In this document: piece after piece, positions 1 through 11,356 of the stretch | How positions within the stretch are numbered: position 1 is the stretch's first letter | How the letters are laid out: every line of letters starts with the position of its first letter | Assembly: GCA_002269645.1 (NCBI GenBank) | Contig: NIVC01004217.1 | Coordinates: forward strand, 1-54,457 | Direction: 5' to 3' | Origin: Macrostomum lignano | Lineage: Eukaryota | Length of the DNA stretch: 54,457 nt | Notes under the pieces: generated by a model | Told to the model about the DNA's origin: nothing | The model's input: only the letters and a program-made list of their open reading frames with translations | Databases searched by the model: none | Program-made: the position numbers and the translations under genes

Positions 1-235
1 CTGGATGGACGGTTGCTGACTGGATGGCTGCTGACTGGACGGATGCTGACTGGATGGTTGCTGACTGGATGGTTGCTGACTGGATGGATGCTGACTGGAC
101 GAATGGTTGCTGACTGGATGGATGTTTGCTGACTGGATGGTTGCTGACTGGATGGTTGCTGACTGGATTGTTGCTGACTGACGGCTGCTGACTGACGGAT
201 GCTGACTGGATGGATAGTTGCTGACTAAATAGTTG
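1..235. repeat. Degenerate ~15-bp minisatellite (CTGACTGGATGGTTG)n
   Basis: Repeated ctgactggatggttg/ctgactggacggatg units run from base 1 and end about 20 bp from the helicase stop codon at 255. Confidence 0.9.
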
Positions 236-254
236 CCGACTTTAGAATAGCAAG

Positions 255-1493
255 TTAGCGGCTATCAGAATTCGCGGATGAGCACATTCTCAGCAAACGC
301 TTTTGCTCATGCAACTGCGTCTGCACTTTTTGTGCAGAAAAAAGGCTCACGAAATTGTTGTAATCGCAACTTGATACTCGCAAATCTGCAAATGCACGAA
401 CTCTACTCACCGCAGTATAAAATAATCCAGCTGGAATAGCTTTCCTGGCGCCTCCTTTGCTAAACGCCACGTACGCTTTTGGAATTGTAAGTCCTTGGCT
501 CTTGTGAATCGTACTAGCCCAAGCCAATCGTAGTGGAAATTGTTGACGCGACAATTGGGCTCCTCCTTTAAACTTTTCATTCGTTACTGACAGAATTGGC
601 ACTACACGAATTGCACGATTATCTTGTACAATTGCCCCCATTGCTGGGCCAGAATAATTGTCAAATTCAACCCAAATACAATCTGGCCAATCCTTTGGTG
701 ATTGCCTTCCAGGAGCGTAGCAAATTCCTCGTACAGTTCCAACTGATCCATTCACAAGTCCATTGCGTACTGACAGATTTCTAGTTAGCATTACTCGAGC
801 ACCAATACACAAATAGAGTCGCTTCTCCAGATTCGTATCCGATTTTTTATGTTCCTTCTTTTTGCCACACAATTTTGCTTCGTCTCCTTTACAAATTGCG
901 TTAATTTGCCGCACAGGATTCAATTCGGAAACCATCTTTCCCAATAGCATGTAGTTGCGATTTCTCACATCCTCGTTAGTGTGATATAAAAATGTACACC
1001 CGCTTTGGAAACCTTCAGGCAAAAGGTCGGGAGCATAGACGCGACAATTGTTCATCAACGAATTCCAGCAGGCTTCGTCGGCCTTGCCTTCGCGAAGTTT
1101 ATCCAACAACTGGGCGAATTCCGTATCGTTTGCTTGTCGGACTTGTTCTGTCAGATGCACAACCTTTTTGAACTCCATGTACAATTTATAGCCTTCAGAT
1201 TTCAATATATCGTGCTTCTTTTGATTTGGATTGTAAACGTACAGTTGCGTGTCCAAAACTGGAGGCAATTGAAACACGTCGCCAATTAGGATTACAGATC
1301 GACCACCAAAACTCTGTTTACTGTGTTCTGGAAACAATTCGCGCAAACGAGCATCCACCTTACGGAGTAACCTTTGGCCAAGCATGCTAAATTCGTCAAT
1401 AAAAATGTAGCGCACATCTTTCCACTGCTCTTGCATCTCCATTAGGGATTTCTTGCCAACACCAGCACTAAAATTTACATTCAATTTCAAAGC
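255..1493 (-). CDS. PIF1-family (SF1B) helicase, C-terminal part of RepHel
   Basis: Motifs YIFIDEFSM, FGGRSVILIGDVFQLPPV, LTEQVRQ, GARVMLTRN..GLVNGSVG, RQQFPLRLAWASTIHKSQGLT and YTAVSRV. It continues the upstream ORF after a 1-nt frameshift. No AP-endonuclease domain precedes the stop. Confidence 0.95.
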   Translation of the reverse strand, partial: ALKLNVNFSAGVGKKSLMEMQEQWKDVRYIFIDEFSMLGQRLLRKVDARLRELFPEHSKQSFGGRSVILIGDVFQLPPVLDTQLYVYNPNQKKHDILKSEGYKLYMEFKKVVHLTEQVRQANDTEFAQLLDKLREGKADEACWNSLMNNCRVYAPDLLPEGFQSGCTFLYHTNEDVRNRNYMLLGKMVSELNPVRQINAICKGDEAKLCGKKKEHKKSDTNLEKRLYLCIGARVMLTRNLSVRNGLVNGSVGTVRGICYAPGRQSPKDWPDCIWVEFDNYSGPAMGAIVQDNRAIRVVPILSVTNEKFKGGAQLSRQQFPLRLAWASTIHKSQGLTIPKAYVAFSKGGARKAIPAGLFYTAVSRVRAFADLRVSSCDYNNFVSLFSAQKVQTQLHEQKRLLRMCSSANSDSR

Positions 1494-4400
1494 GAGTGCA
1501 AAGTTTCGCCTGCAATATTGAAAGCGGCTACGCCTGTTGATGCCATAATTCTGCATCTTGATTCTCCAATCAACCGACGCAATGTAGAAATCAAGTAGCT
1601 TTTTCCAGTTCCAGCGCTACCATACAAAATTGCTTTGAGAGGCTCCGGCTTTTCGCCTTGGTTTTCTTCGGCTAGTCTTGAAAGCTGCAAATGACTTTCA
1701 ATTAGGTTGTACATTTCTCGCTGCCGAACATTAAGCGATTCAACACTGTTTATCGGCATGTCAGCGACCTCTCTTGCGCCAAGTTTTAGGTCGCTACTTA
1801 AAAACGCCTTTGCTTCTCCAACCGTTGGAAACTGGCCGCCACTAGCTGCGCTCCAGTCAAAATTTTCTGGCGGCTTTGGCAATTGATCTTCTGGACAGGC
1901 CAATAGATTTCTCTCGCGATGAAGTGCCCCCACTGCAACCATCCAATCTTCTTGCTCTTCGTGCTCATAAGTTGGCTGAGCAGCAGATTGCGCATTTGCG
2001 TTGGTCATTTCGGGTAGCTCCGCAACTGCTTCGACTTCTTCGTCAGCTTCGTCGTTGCGCAAATCGTCCAAATTGGGCAGCTGCAGCTCGCATCGATTCT
2101 CAGCAGGCATGGCTTCGTACGCTTGCTGCCAGCTTGTGTGCAAACCTTTGGCTTCTCGCTCATTTCGCCAACAACTGTACAACAAAACCTGCTGCCGATA
2201 ATAGCCTTCGCGTCTTTCGTCTGATTGCTCATTCGGTCGAAAAAATGGACTGATTAGCAAAACTACTTGTTTCGGCCTTTTTGTGCACCTCCCATTAGGG
2301 CTGAGACAGTAGTCGGAAAAGAAACGAAACATTGTTACATTTTCCAAATTCTTTGCACGCTTTGAATACTTGTCGCAACTATTCCTGCAAACACCCTTTT
2401 CCTCCACTGCGCGGGTTTCGCCAGTCTGAACAAAAACAAATTCTCGCGAACCCTTGTACATTGACGTCTGCAATAGCAAATGCATTGCCTCTTGCGCCGA
2501 ATAATCACGCGCTCCAACTTGCGCCATCAAGTGTTGTTGTACAACACGCCTTGCAGTGTTGCTACGCTGAAAATTGTTATCGGCATTCTGTTCTGCATTA
2601 TCTTCCAACTCCTTATGAAGACGCTTTGTCAGCTCCGCCATATAATCCGACTCCTTTTCGCTTTTTGTCGCATACTTGATCAAATAGCGAATCAAATTCT
2701 TCACGGACGAAATCATTTGAACATCGACATTGGCTCTCCACATGCACAGCAACTGCGGACTGTGAGAAATCATTCGCTCGTCGTTGCGCTGCGTCTCAAC
2801 TTGCCAATTTAAACGGGATACTCGCTTTGCAACAGTCTTTTCCTGCGGCTCGCGCGGATACTTGAATCGGCACTCTTGTTTGCCTTTTACTGTTCGCAAG
2901 CACTTTTTACTGCAAATAGTGTGCCTCTCTGTCAAATGCGAAATTAACTGCAAATCTTGCTTGTCATTTTCAATCTCTTCCGGTTTCAGTTGAGCTGGAT
3001 GACCTTGACCTGCTAAACTGCCATTCAAAACTTGATTTCCATAATCCGATTCGTCCATGGCCAAATTCCAACTACAGATGTACTTGTCAACAAAGCTCGT
3101 CAATTCTTCTGCATTCAATGTATTCGATGTCACATCAACACCATCTGGCATCCAAATGCAACCGTGAACGTGTGGACTTCCGCGACTCTGATATTCTATG
3201 CGAAACCAATAATCGTTTACTTTCCAGTGCTCGACCAAAAAACGTTTCAAACATGTTTCAAATCGCAACCAAAACACAGTGTCTGCCATTCCGGGATCTT
3301 TTTGCAACTTTGACAACATTTCTGCTCTTAGTTCTACATTGCTTTCATATTGCTCTGCATCGATTCCCCAGGCATGCTGCAACTCTGGCCAATGTACATC
3401 TGCTGCCGATAGTGTCACGAAAAAATGAGGAACACCAAGCGTTCGAATCATGGCTTCCAATTGCCGTCCTTTACTCTGCCAATAAGCGCTTGTGCCTCGC
3501 AAATCTGATGCTCGAACTGACACGCTAGCCAATACTGCCGGGTCATTTAGTGCTTCAATCATTTCCTTGGCACTTAATCCAGCATACTTGTTGTCGTGTA
3601 CAAACACGCGACCAACTTCCAGCGCCCTCCAACGCATCACCATATTTTCAATGTAAAATTTAAACCGCAAATCGGTACGAAATCTTGGACACCGGAATTG
3701 CATCAAATGCTTTGCATAGTCGCCCAAACTTAGTCCAAAATTACGTGGCGTACTATAATCTCCTGCTCCATCCGGAAAGAGATGAGGATAAGCCAATGTA
3801 AAATATCCTTCATCCTGAAATTCGTTTACCGGCTCGTTGCTTCTTGCTGGCCATTTCAATTTTTCACTCAAAAATTTGTCTCGTACTGCCGATTCCAATC
3901 GACGCAAAGGAGTCTCCAACAGCGAACTAATTGTTTCCTCGAGCTCGTTCGTCTCGTCCGCATTTTTTTCTACTTGTTGCTGCAATCGCTCAGCTCTGGC
4001 TGAGCCGCCTTCTTGCTGTGCCGCCTCGAAATTCACTTCATTGTCAGACTGCATTTCGACAATCATACCTTCTACTTGATGAGCATAACCATCTTCAGGC
4101 AGATGTAGCAACGCATCATTATTCATTGAAACCTGATACTGTCTAAAGTACTTGTTGTTTGCCATTAAATAGCGCATCGCATTAGTCACTTTGTCGCGTC
4201 GAACTCGCAAATTGTTCATTGTGCCGCTTTGCGCTTCTCCAGGCTGAACACGGGCTCTTTCGTCGTACATTAAAACAACTGGCAGAGATCGTCTTGGCAG
4301 CTCTCGCAAAACGTGCGACTGATCTTGAGGCAACATGATTCCGTGTCCTCTCGATTTTGTTTGCTTTTGGGGAAAAATTTGTACCACAACAATAACCGAC

Positions 4401-6282
4401 AAAACTGGCGAAATCAACATTTGCTCTGCTACACTCAAATCTTGCAAATCTTCTGGCTGCTCCAACATCGGAATCGCATTGTTTTCTTGGCTAAACGATT
4501 TCGGCTCATTGTCATCTCTGAAACAACGATCGCACATGTCTTCAGAATCGATGCTAAAATATTTTCCAGGAAACTTTTCCCTACACACGTAGCACTGTTT
4601 CAAATGTGATACTTTTGTTATGTTTTCATTGAAAAAGTCTTGCCTCATCTTTTTGAACTGGTCTGTGAACGGATTGCGAAGGCACTTTGGCAGATTAGGA
4701 TCTCCGATTTCATCTTCAACAATTGGAGCATCTTGAGCGCTCTCTTCTGAAGTGCTGCTCTGCGGAACATTTTCTTTAGCTGGCTGCTGCTCCATTGTAG
4801 GCCGCTTTCTGGGTGACGAACGGATCGCTTCATCAGGCTTCTCCTGAGTAGCACGTGTCTTTCGTGGTGATGAATACGTAGAAGTAGCTGGAATATTATC
4901 AGACTGACGTTTATCTTGCTGCTCCTGCTGCAAAGGTGCCGTCTTCCTAGGCGACGATCGAACGGGTTCGCAGATATGATTTTCTGCGTTTGTCAATCTC
5001 TGTTTCCGTGGTAAAGAATTTGCATAGTTGACCACTTGCTGCTGGTTTTTCAAACGCTCGCTGCGACGAGTAGGAGCACTTGGTACAACGTCGCTCTTCT
5101 TTTCTCGACCTCTTCCTTTTTCCAAATGGCAAGAAACGCTTGAAACCGCCGAAACTGAGTCGCCACAACCGATGCAACTGCAACATGGTGCTCTCCGAGT
5201 GCGACTGCTTCTTCTCAATAAGCTCTGACCAGATACACTAGAGGCTGCAACAGACACAGACTCTAATGTGTTTGCTTTAGCGCTCAGTCGACTACTCCGA
5301 CGCGTAGCGCAACTTGCCTTCCCAACATCCTTTTTACGCCGACTGCGCCGCGGAACATTTGATGGCACGGACTCTGACACACGATCACTTTTAACTGACT
5401 CTGACACATGCTCAATTTCAACTGACTCTGCGCTATCCTCCGCGTCAAGATCGACATTCCAATTCCAGACAGAGTTGTTCCGATCCCGAAGCACTTCATA
5501 TGAATTCGGATGCGCAAACAAACTCGTATTATTTTCCAAGGACTTTGCTTGATTTCTACAACGTCCCTTCCAATGCCTACTTTGAACTCGGGTCCAGTCT
5601 GCAACCTTTTCAAAAGGCGTCATTGGTGGAGCTGGAGGTGGCATCATTACAACAGGATCTTCGACAACATGAACATTCTCGTTGAGAGGGGGCATTTCCA
5701 CATTCTTGGCGCTCAAATCTCCTTGGCCAGTCGGCCGAACTGAGCTTGCTTCATTAACTTCCAAATCATTGACACGAACGATTTCGTAGTGTTGACTACC
5801 AGGATTAAACAACAATCGAATAGTAGCCAAACGTTCTCCAATATTCGGTCGGGAATAATGGCCAGGCCGCGCTAGATTAAGCATGTTTGACTGATAAATA
5901 AACACTTCTAGCCGCAACAGTTCACCAATTAGTTCTGGAACTCCGCATGGCACGTACATACGGGGACGCCTTGTATCGTCGCGCACTTTTTCCCAATTCA
6001 GTCCTGTTTGCATAATTCTTTCCTGATTATTGACATCGCGATGCACCCATTGCTCGAATTCTGCAGCAACCGCATCTCGAAAATCTTCTACGCTTAGCGA
6101 TTGATAGGCGGAAAAACCTGGCAGTTCTTGTAATTGTCTCAATATGGCCGTGAAAAAACAGTTGCCGTCACCTCGTACATTCTCAACGCGACACGAAGAA
6201 AAAGGAACCCATACAGGTTGGACTTGTACAGCAGCAGTTACATGACCTTCGGCAAAATCCATTGCAGTAGCACCTGTTTCAT
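1487..6282 (-). CDS. RepHel main exon: OTU-like cysteine protease, low-complexity S/R/K region, C4 zinc ribbon, HUH Rep endonuclease, start of PIF1 helicase
   Basis: OTU: NVRGDGNCFFTAI ... QHYE. Rep motifs: HFFVTLSAAD, EYQSRGSPHVHGCIW, YLIKYATK. Walker A: YGSAGTGKS, then ASTGVAAFNIAGETLHS. Acceptor ttttacag at 6283. Confidence 0.93.
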
Positions 6283-6467
6283 CTGTAAAAGAATACAACT
6301 CTTAAACAGTGAGGTATGATAATTTTAAGGAATTGAGCATTAATTGTATTTTGCACAAGTCGTAAACACTAAAATCTAATTTTCAATATTCGCAAGCAAA
6401 GTCAGATGTAAGAAAGAAAATTAACTTGTACTATGCATAGAAATTCAATAAAAAATAAAACTCTCAC

Positions 6468-6839
6468 CAGCACTCAAGTAGCCTATAAGTTGCTCATTGT
6501 AAGCAGCACCAGAATTGGGCACTTCAGCATCACCTTCGACCACGGGGTATTCCGAAGCAGCCAGAGCGTCGGCCAGAGCAGCATCATGTTCAGCTAGCAG
6601 GGCAGCCAGACCAGCCTCGTCCAGCTTAATCACAGACTCAGTTTTAGCAGCAGCATCAGCAGAAGCACCAGCTTTAGTCCCAGCAGCGGCAATAGAAGAG
6701 GCAGCAGCAGCTTCCGGTTGTACATCTGGCTCTTGAATCTGTTCTTCGCCAGCAGTTAAATCACCGACAGCAGCAACTTTAATATTATTCTTGGAGCGGC
6801 TCCAGTTTTTCTTCTTCGGCCGTCCGCACTTTTTCGCAC
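6468..6839 (-). CDS. RepHel exon 2 (AT-hook-like CGRPKKK, Ala/Glu-rich)
   Basis: Open 372-nt frame (AKKCGRPKKKNWSRS...YLSA) with acceptor tttaaacag and donor G|gtgaga. Phase matches both neighbouring exons. Confidence 0.75.
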
Positions 6840-6879
6840 CTGTTTAAAGTCACAGTAAAAAAGAAATTTATAAATCTAC

Positions 6880-7310
6880 CTATATATATATATATATATA
6901 TATGTCTGTCCATCTATTTCGCTCTAGAGCGTGCCATTCTTGATCAATTTTGATAGCGTTTTTTCTAAACTATTGCAGATTTTGCACTGATTATACAGTG
7001 GTCAAAATTTCTTAAATCTGCTCAAATTCTAAGGGTGTTAAACATTCGAAAATAGAGTTTCTATAATTATTTTAATGATCTGTCAAACAAGGTCAGATTC
7101 CAATTGAATTTATTCCCTTTGTCGAAACTATTCAGTCGAAACTACTCAGTCGAAACTATTGAGTTCACACTATTCAGTCAAAACTACTCAGTCAAGATTA
7201 TTAAGTCTAAACTATTCAGTTGTAACTATTCAGTTGAAATTATTCTGTCTGTCAAAACTATTCAGGCGAAACTATTCAATCTAAACTATTGAGTGTGAAC
7301 TATTGATTTG
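6880..7310. repeat. (TA)n microsatellite followed by degenerate 13-14-bp AAACTATTCAGTC tandem units, inside RepHel intron 1
   Basis: (ta)n at 6880-6902; repeated aaactattcag/aaactactcag units at ~7115-7310. Confidence 0.75.
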
Positions 7311-7618
7311 AGCTGCGTCAGTTAAGAGTTTGAAAAATTCACATTTTTAGACATCTGAAAAACACTTTTTTACAGAATTACCTGTGAACTATTCAGTGTG
7401 AGTTATAGTGTGAACAATTGAGATTTATTGTTTGGTAAATAAATTGTGTAGTGCAGGAACTTTTTAGTTTGTCTGTTGCCCAAATGGGCAGCCAAGAATG
7501 CTAGTAAAAGCTGGTTTCCTAAGGTGTGAATATTAATAATAAAGGTAGGATTGCTTTGAAACTATTCCTGAAAGTAGCACCTATCACCTGCAAGTTGCAA
7601 CAAATGTACAAAACTTAC

Positions 7619-7697
7619 TATTGGCAGCAACAGAAGAAGCACTTGTATCCTTGTTAATGCTAGTGTTGTCCTTGATGCTGTTTTTGTCGTTGCCCAT
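7619..7697 (-). CDS. Putative RepHel first coding exon (MGNDKNSIKDNTSINKDTSASSVAAN)
   Basis: ATG lies just after an acag acceptor; the strong donor A|gtaagt is phase 1 and joins exon 2 in frame. Confidence 0.55.
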
Positions 7698-9190
7698 CCT
7701 GTCTAAATAAACATGTTAGTAAATATTTCAGAATGATAAAGAAACTAATTAGCTAAACACAGAAAACATGCTACTCTTTACCAAGTTAACTCAACTCTTT
7801 TCTGGTGGCAAATTTAGTTAAACTACGAACACTAGCACTGCTACTGGATTGTGGATTAATATGCTGCAGCATAATATACTGGCATATAGGCGGTGTGTGC
7901 CATGTAGTTTTTGTGCTTTCAACATTTTTTCTTGGATTTAGTGCATATTTTCTAGAGTTTTTTCAGGCATATTCCATGTTTTTGTACATGCTTCTAGGAA
8001 TTCTATATCAGCAAAAAAACATCCCTTGGTAAAAATTCACCATAAACTAAGTGTCTAGCACTTTCAAGCATTGCTTGATATAAGGAGCATTGGCATGTAT
8101 ATATTGTCTAGCAAAAATGCTAAATTTATAATAAATTGAGCAGAATTTATAAAAAGTGTCCACAAACTTCTACCATTAAGCAGAGTACTACAGATATTTG
8201 TACTATGCTAAACATATGAAGAAATAAAAAGAATACTTACTTCAAAACTAAAGTCTTAAGTCAAAATTATGCAAACAAAAGGAAAATTCAAGTTAAATTT
8301 GACTGATAACTACAAAATAAAATGTGAAAGGATGAGTACTTTTAAAAGATATATGTAAATATGACTATAATTTATAAAAATATGGAGCAAAAAGCAAAGC
8401 AGAGAAAAAAAACGTAAATATTTGGCAGAATACAATTAATTAGCTATAAAATAATATTAAAGTACTATACTTCAGTTATATTTCAAATAAAATTTGAAGC
8501 TTACACTTACAGTGTAAAACTGATAACAATTGAATATATTACAATTAAAACTTGTACTTGTAGAATATAATATATTGTACAATAATTATATATAATGTAG
8601 TAGGATACGAATAAATAGCGTAACAAAACCGAATATTATAGCTACAGATTGAAGCTTGAAAATATTTCAGATTTAGATAGCGTTTGCTTAGATAAGTTGC
8701 TTTGAAAATTTGGGGTCAAATTTGTCCTACAGCAATAAACTACTGTTAACATAACCGATTTAAATTTAAATTTTTGTAGAAATTATAAGGAACAGAACGA
8801 CTGAAATGTACAGTTTAATTATTTCAAAATTAAATAATTTCGAATTCTATTTTACCTTATTGCTTTCTTCAATTAAATTTTGTTATACAATTTATAAAAT
8901 GCCTATTTTCAAAATATACCTCAAAAAGTAAGTTCAACAGCTTTAAAAATGCGCACGTTTTTACACTTCACGGCTCCAAAAAGTCACCATAGAAGATTTT
9001 TGCAGGACGCAAGACTTTTTACGTTACAAAATAGCACTTTTATGTGCATTTTTTATTCAGTTTCAAAAGGCTTTTTAGTTACCTATTTGGTATTTTTTGT
9101 TTTAAAGATTTTTGCGAAATCAGGTCATTTTAACTTGTTACGAAACTGTGGACCCACACTTTTACGCAACGCAATGCGCATGATGTCATC

Positions 9191-10245
9191 TTAAAGCACT
9201 TGCTAAATGCTATTTATTGACACTACACTGAAGGCCTGGCGTAGGATAGTTAATAAATGGCAGCGTGAAATATAGCAAAAAAACGCATAGTACCGGAACC
9301 TCGTAATTCGGTAAAATGTTAATAGCGTCAAAATACGAATTTTCGCACACTAACGAAGATGGCAGTCATCTGTACGTGTTTACTGGGCACAATAGTGCTC
9401 TTGGAAGCTAAGAACCTCATAGCGAAAATTAATATATTTTCCGCCCTATGTAGTGCTCAAATGGGTTGTTTTTGCACAAAATCACGTTTTTCGATTTTGA
9501 GAGTCAATTAAAAATTTTTTTTGCAACTGACAGACGTGAATGTCACTTTTTCTGAGAGTATTCATCTAGATGTTTCTAATAAGTACTAATATGGGTCATT
9601 CTTATGCTTCACCTATCCTTAGTATAGGTACAAAGTCATTATTTCATTTCCAGCAAGTCACGTGACCTGGCCTGAGGTGTACAACGCATCGTGCAATGCC
9701 AGCGAACATACACTCAAATTAAAGCACTTTTTAAATGCTAACTATTGACACCACACTGAAGGCCTGGCGTAGCATCGTTAATAAATGGCAGCGTGAAATA
9801 TAGCAAAAAAACGCATAACACCGGAACCTCGTAATTCGGTAAATGTTATTAGCGTAAAAATACGAATTTTCGCACACTAACGAAGATAGCAGTCATCTGT
9901 ACGTGTTTACTGGGCACAATAGTGCTCTTGGAAGCTAAGAACCTCATAGCGAAAATCAATAAATTTTTCACCCTATGTGTGCTCATATAGGTTGTTTTTG
10001 CACAAAATCACGTTTTTCGATTTTAAAAGTCAATTATAACAAAATTTTGCAACTGACAGACGTGAATATCATTTTTTCTGACAGTAGTCATCTAGGTGTT
10101 TCTAATAAGTACAAATTTTGGTTCATTCTTACGCTTCACCTATCCTTAGTATAGGTACAAAGTCATTATTTCATTTCCAGCAAGTCACGTGACCTGACCT
10201 GAGGTGTACAACGCATCGTGCAATGACAGCGAACATACATTCAAA
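9191..10245. repeat. Tandem duplication of a ~528-bp unit (2 copies)
   Basis: ttaaagcac...tcaaa unit starts at 9191 and 9719, and the start motif recurs at 10246. The copies are similar but not identical. Confidence 0.9.
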
Positions 10246-10804
10246 TTAAAGTACATCTAAAATGTAGTTCAATGACACCAAGCGCGTCGCGCTCCGGTAA
10301 TCCGCTCAAAAGTTACAGGCTAAAAAGTATGTTCGATATGCAAGCCCCCCGTACCGTCGTTAAAGTACATTTCTGTACCGGCAGCGACTTCAATAAACTA
10401 AGACGAAATTTCAAAATATACATATTGTGCGCAATTTAGTTGTGCACCTTGCCTAAAAAGTCTGATTTTCCTAGCATGTCGTCGTTTCTTATTTTTTGTA
10501 CATTTGTATCATGAAAAATACATAAAAATAGCCTAAATCACGTTTATCGACTTTAGCAGTGTATGGCTCAGAGTCAGTGCAACGAAACGGCTCAAAATGT
10601 ATTATAAACATGTAGATCTTACCTAAATGACCGCATTCATGTACTTTTTAGAGTCTCGCAACAAGGTTGAATTTCCTTTATTTCGGTTCGAATACCTACC
10701 CGTCGAATATTCGAATGTAATTAACAGGTGCGAATGTACAGTTAAAGTGAGTATCTTGGTTAAAGTCGTGCGTCATGTAAGAGTCCCAGGTGCCATTGTT
10801 AGAA

Positions 10805-10852
10805 TGACGCAGCTCAAAGGTCGCGCTGACGCGCGACCTTTGAGCTGCGTCA
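10805..10852. other. Perfect 22-bp-stem hairpin (loop TGAC)
   Basis: tgacgcagctcaaaggtcgcgc at 10805-10826 and its exact reverse complement at 10831-10852. Confidence 0.95.
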
Positions 10853-11265
10853 GTTGAAAGTTGATAAAAATGCGCATTTTTTGACACTTAAAAAACACAC
10901 TTTTACAGAATTACCTATCAAGGTAAGCATTTAGCGGAAAATAACCAATCAGTGTCTTGAAGGTCTGAAAATTCGCCAAAAGTTGGGTTCAATCAATTTT
11001 TGACTCCATATTGTGAATCCTTATTTTTTGAGATTCAAGATTTGGACGGGTCTAAAAAAAGTCACTTTTTTGTTGCCATGGCAACCAAGACGCGTTGCTA
11101 TGGAACTTTCACGTCACACATCTTGTAGCCCTAAATGTTTTACGTCCATAGAGGGGTCACACATGGTTTCATCTCAAGTGGTTTTAACTCTGCATCAATT
11201 TTATTTTCTAAAACGTTGATTTTACGTTGGGGGAGTCTCCGGGACATCTTATCTCGGTCTCGTTT

Positions 11266-11341
11266 GTCCGGAAAAATTGCCAACGAGGAGCGAAGCGAGC
11301 GAAGCGAAGCGCTTCGCTCCTCGTTGGCAATTTTTCCGGAC
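11266..11341. other. Perfect 32-bp inverted repeat with 12-nt loop
   Basis: gtccggaaaaattgccaacgaggagcgaagcg at 11266-11297 and its exact reverse complement at 11310-11341. Confidence 0.95.
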
Positions 11342-11356
11342 TGCACTTCGACCTAA

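Larger units (their letters stand above)
255..7697 (-). mobile_element. Helitron2/Helentron-type rolling-circle transposon gene (AT-hook - OTU - Rep HUH - PIF1 helicase), spliced, with one frameshift
   Basis: Model: exons 7697-7619, 6839-6468 and 6282-255, with a -1 shift at ~1493. Both introns are GT-AG, phase 1-1, and join in frame. Element termini were not identified. Confidence 0.85.

Noticed and set aside
1487-1501. Programmed -1 ribosomal frameshift in RepHel
   Set aside because: No X XXY YYZ slippery heptamer at the junction; a 1-nt deletion or error explains it more simply.
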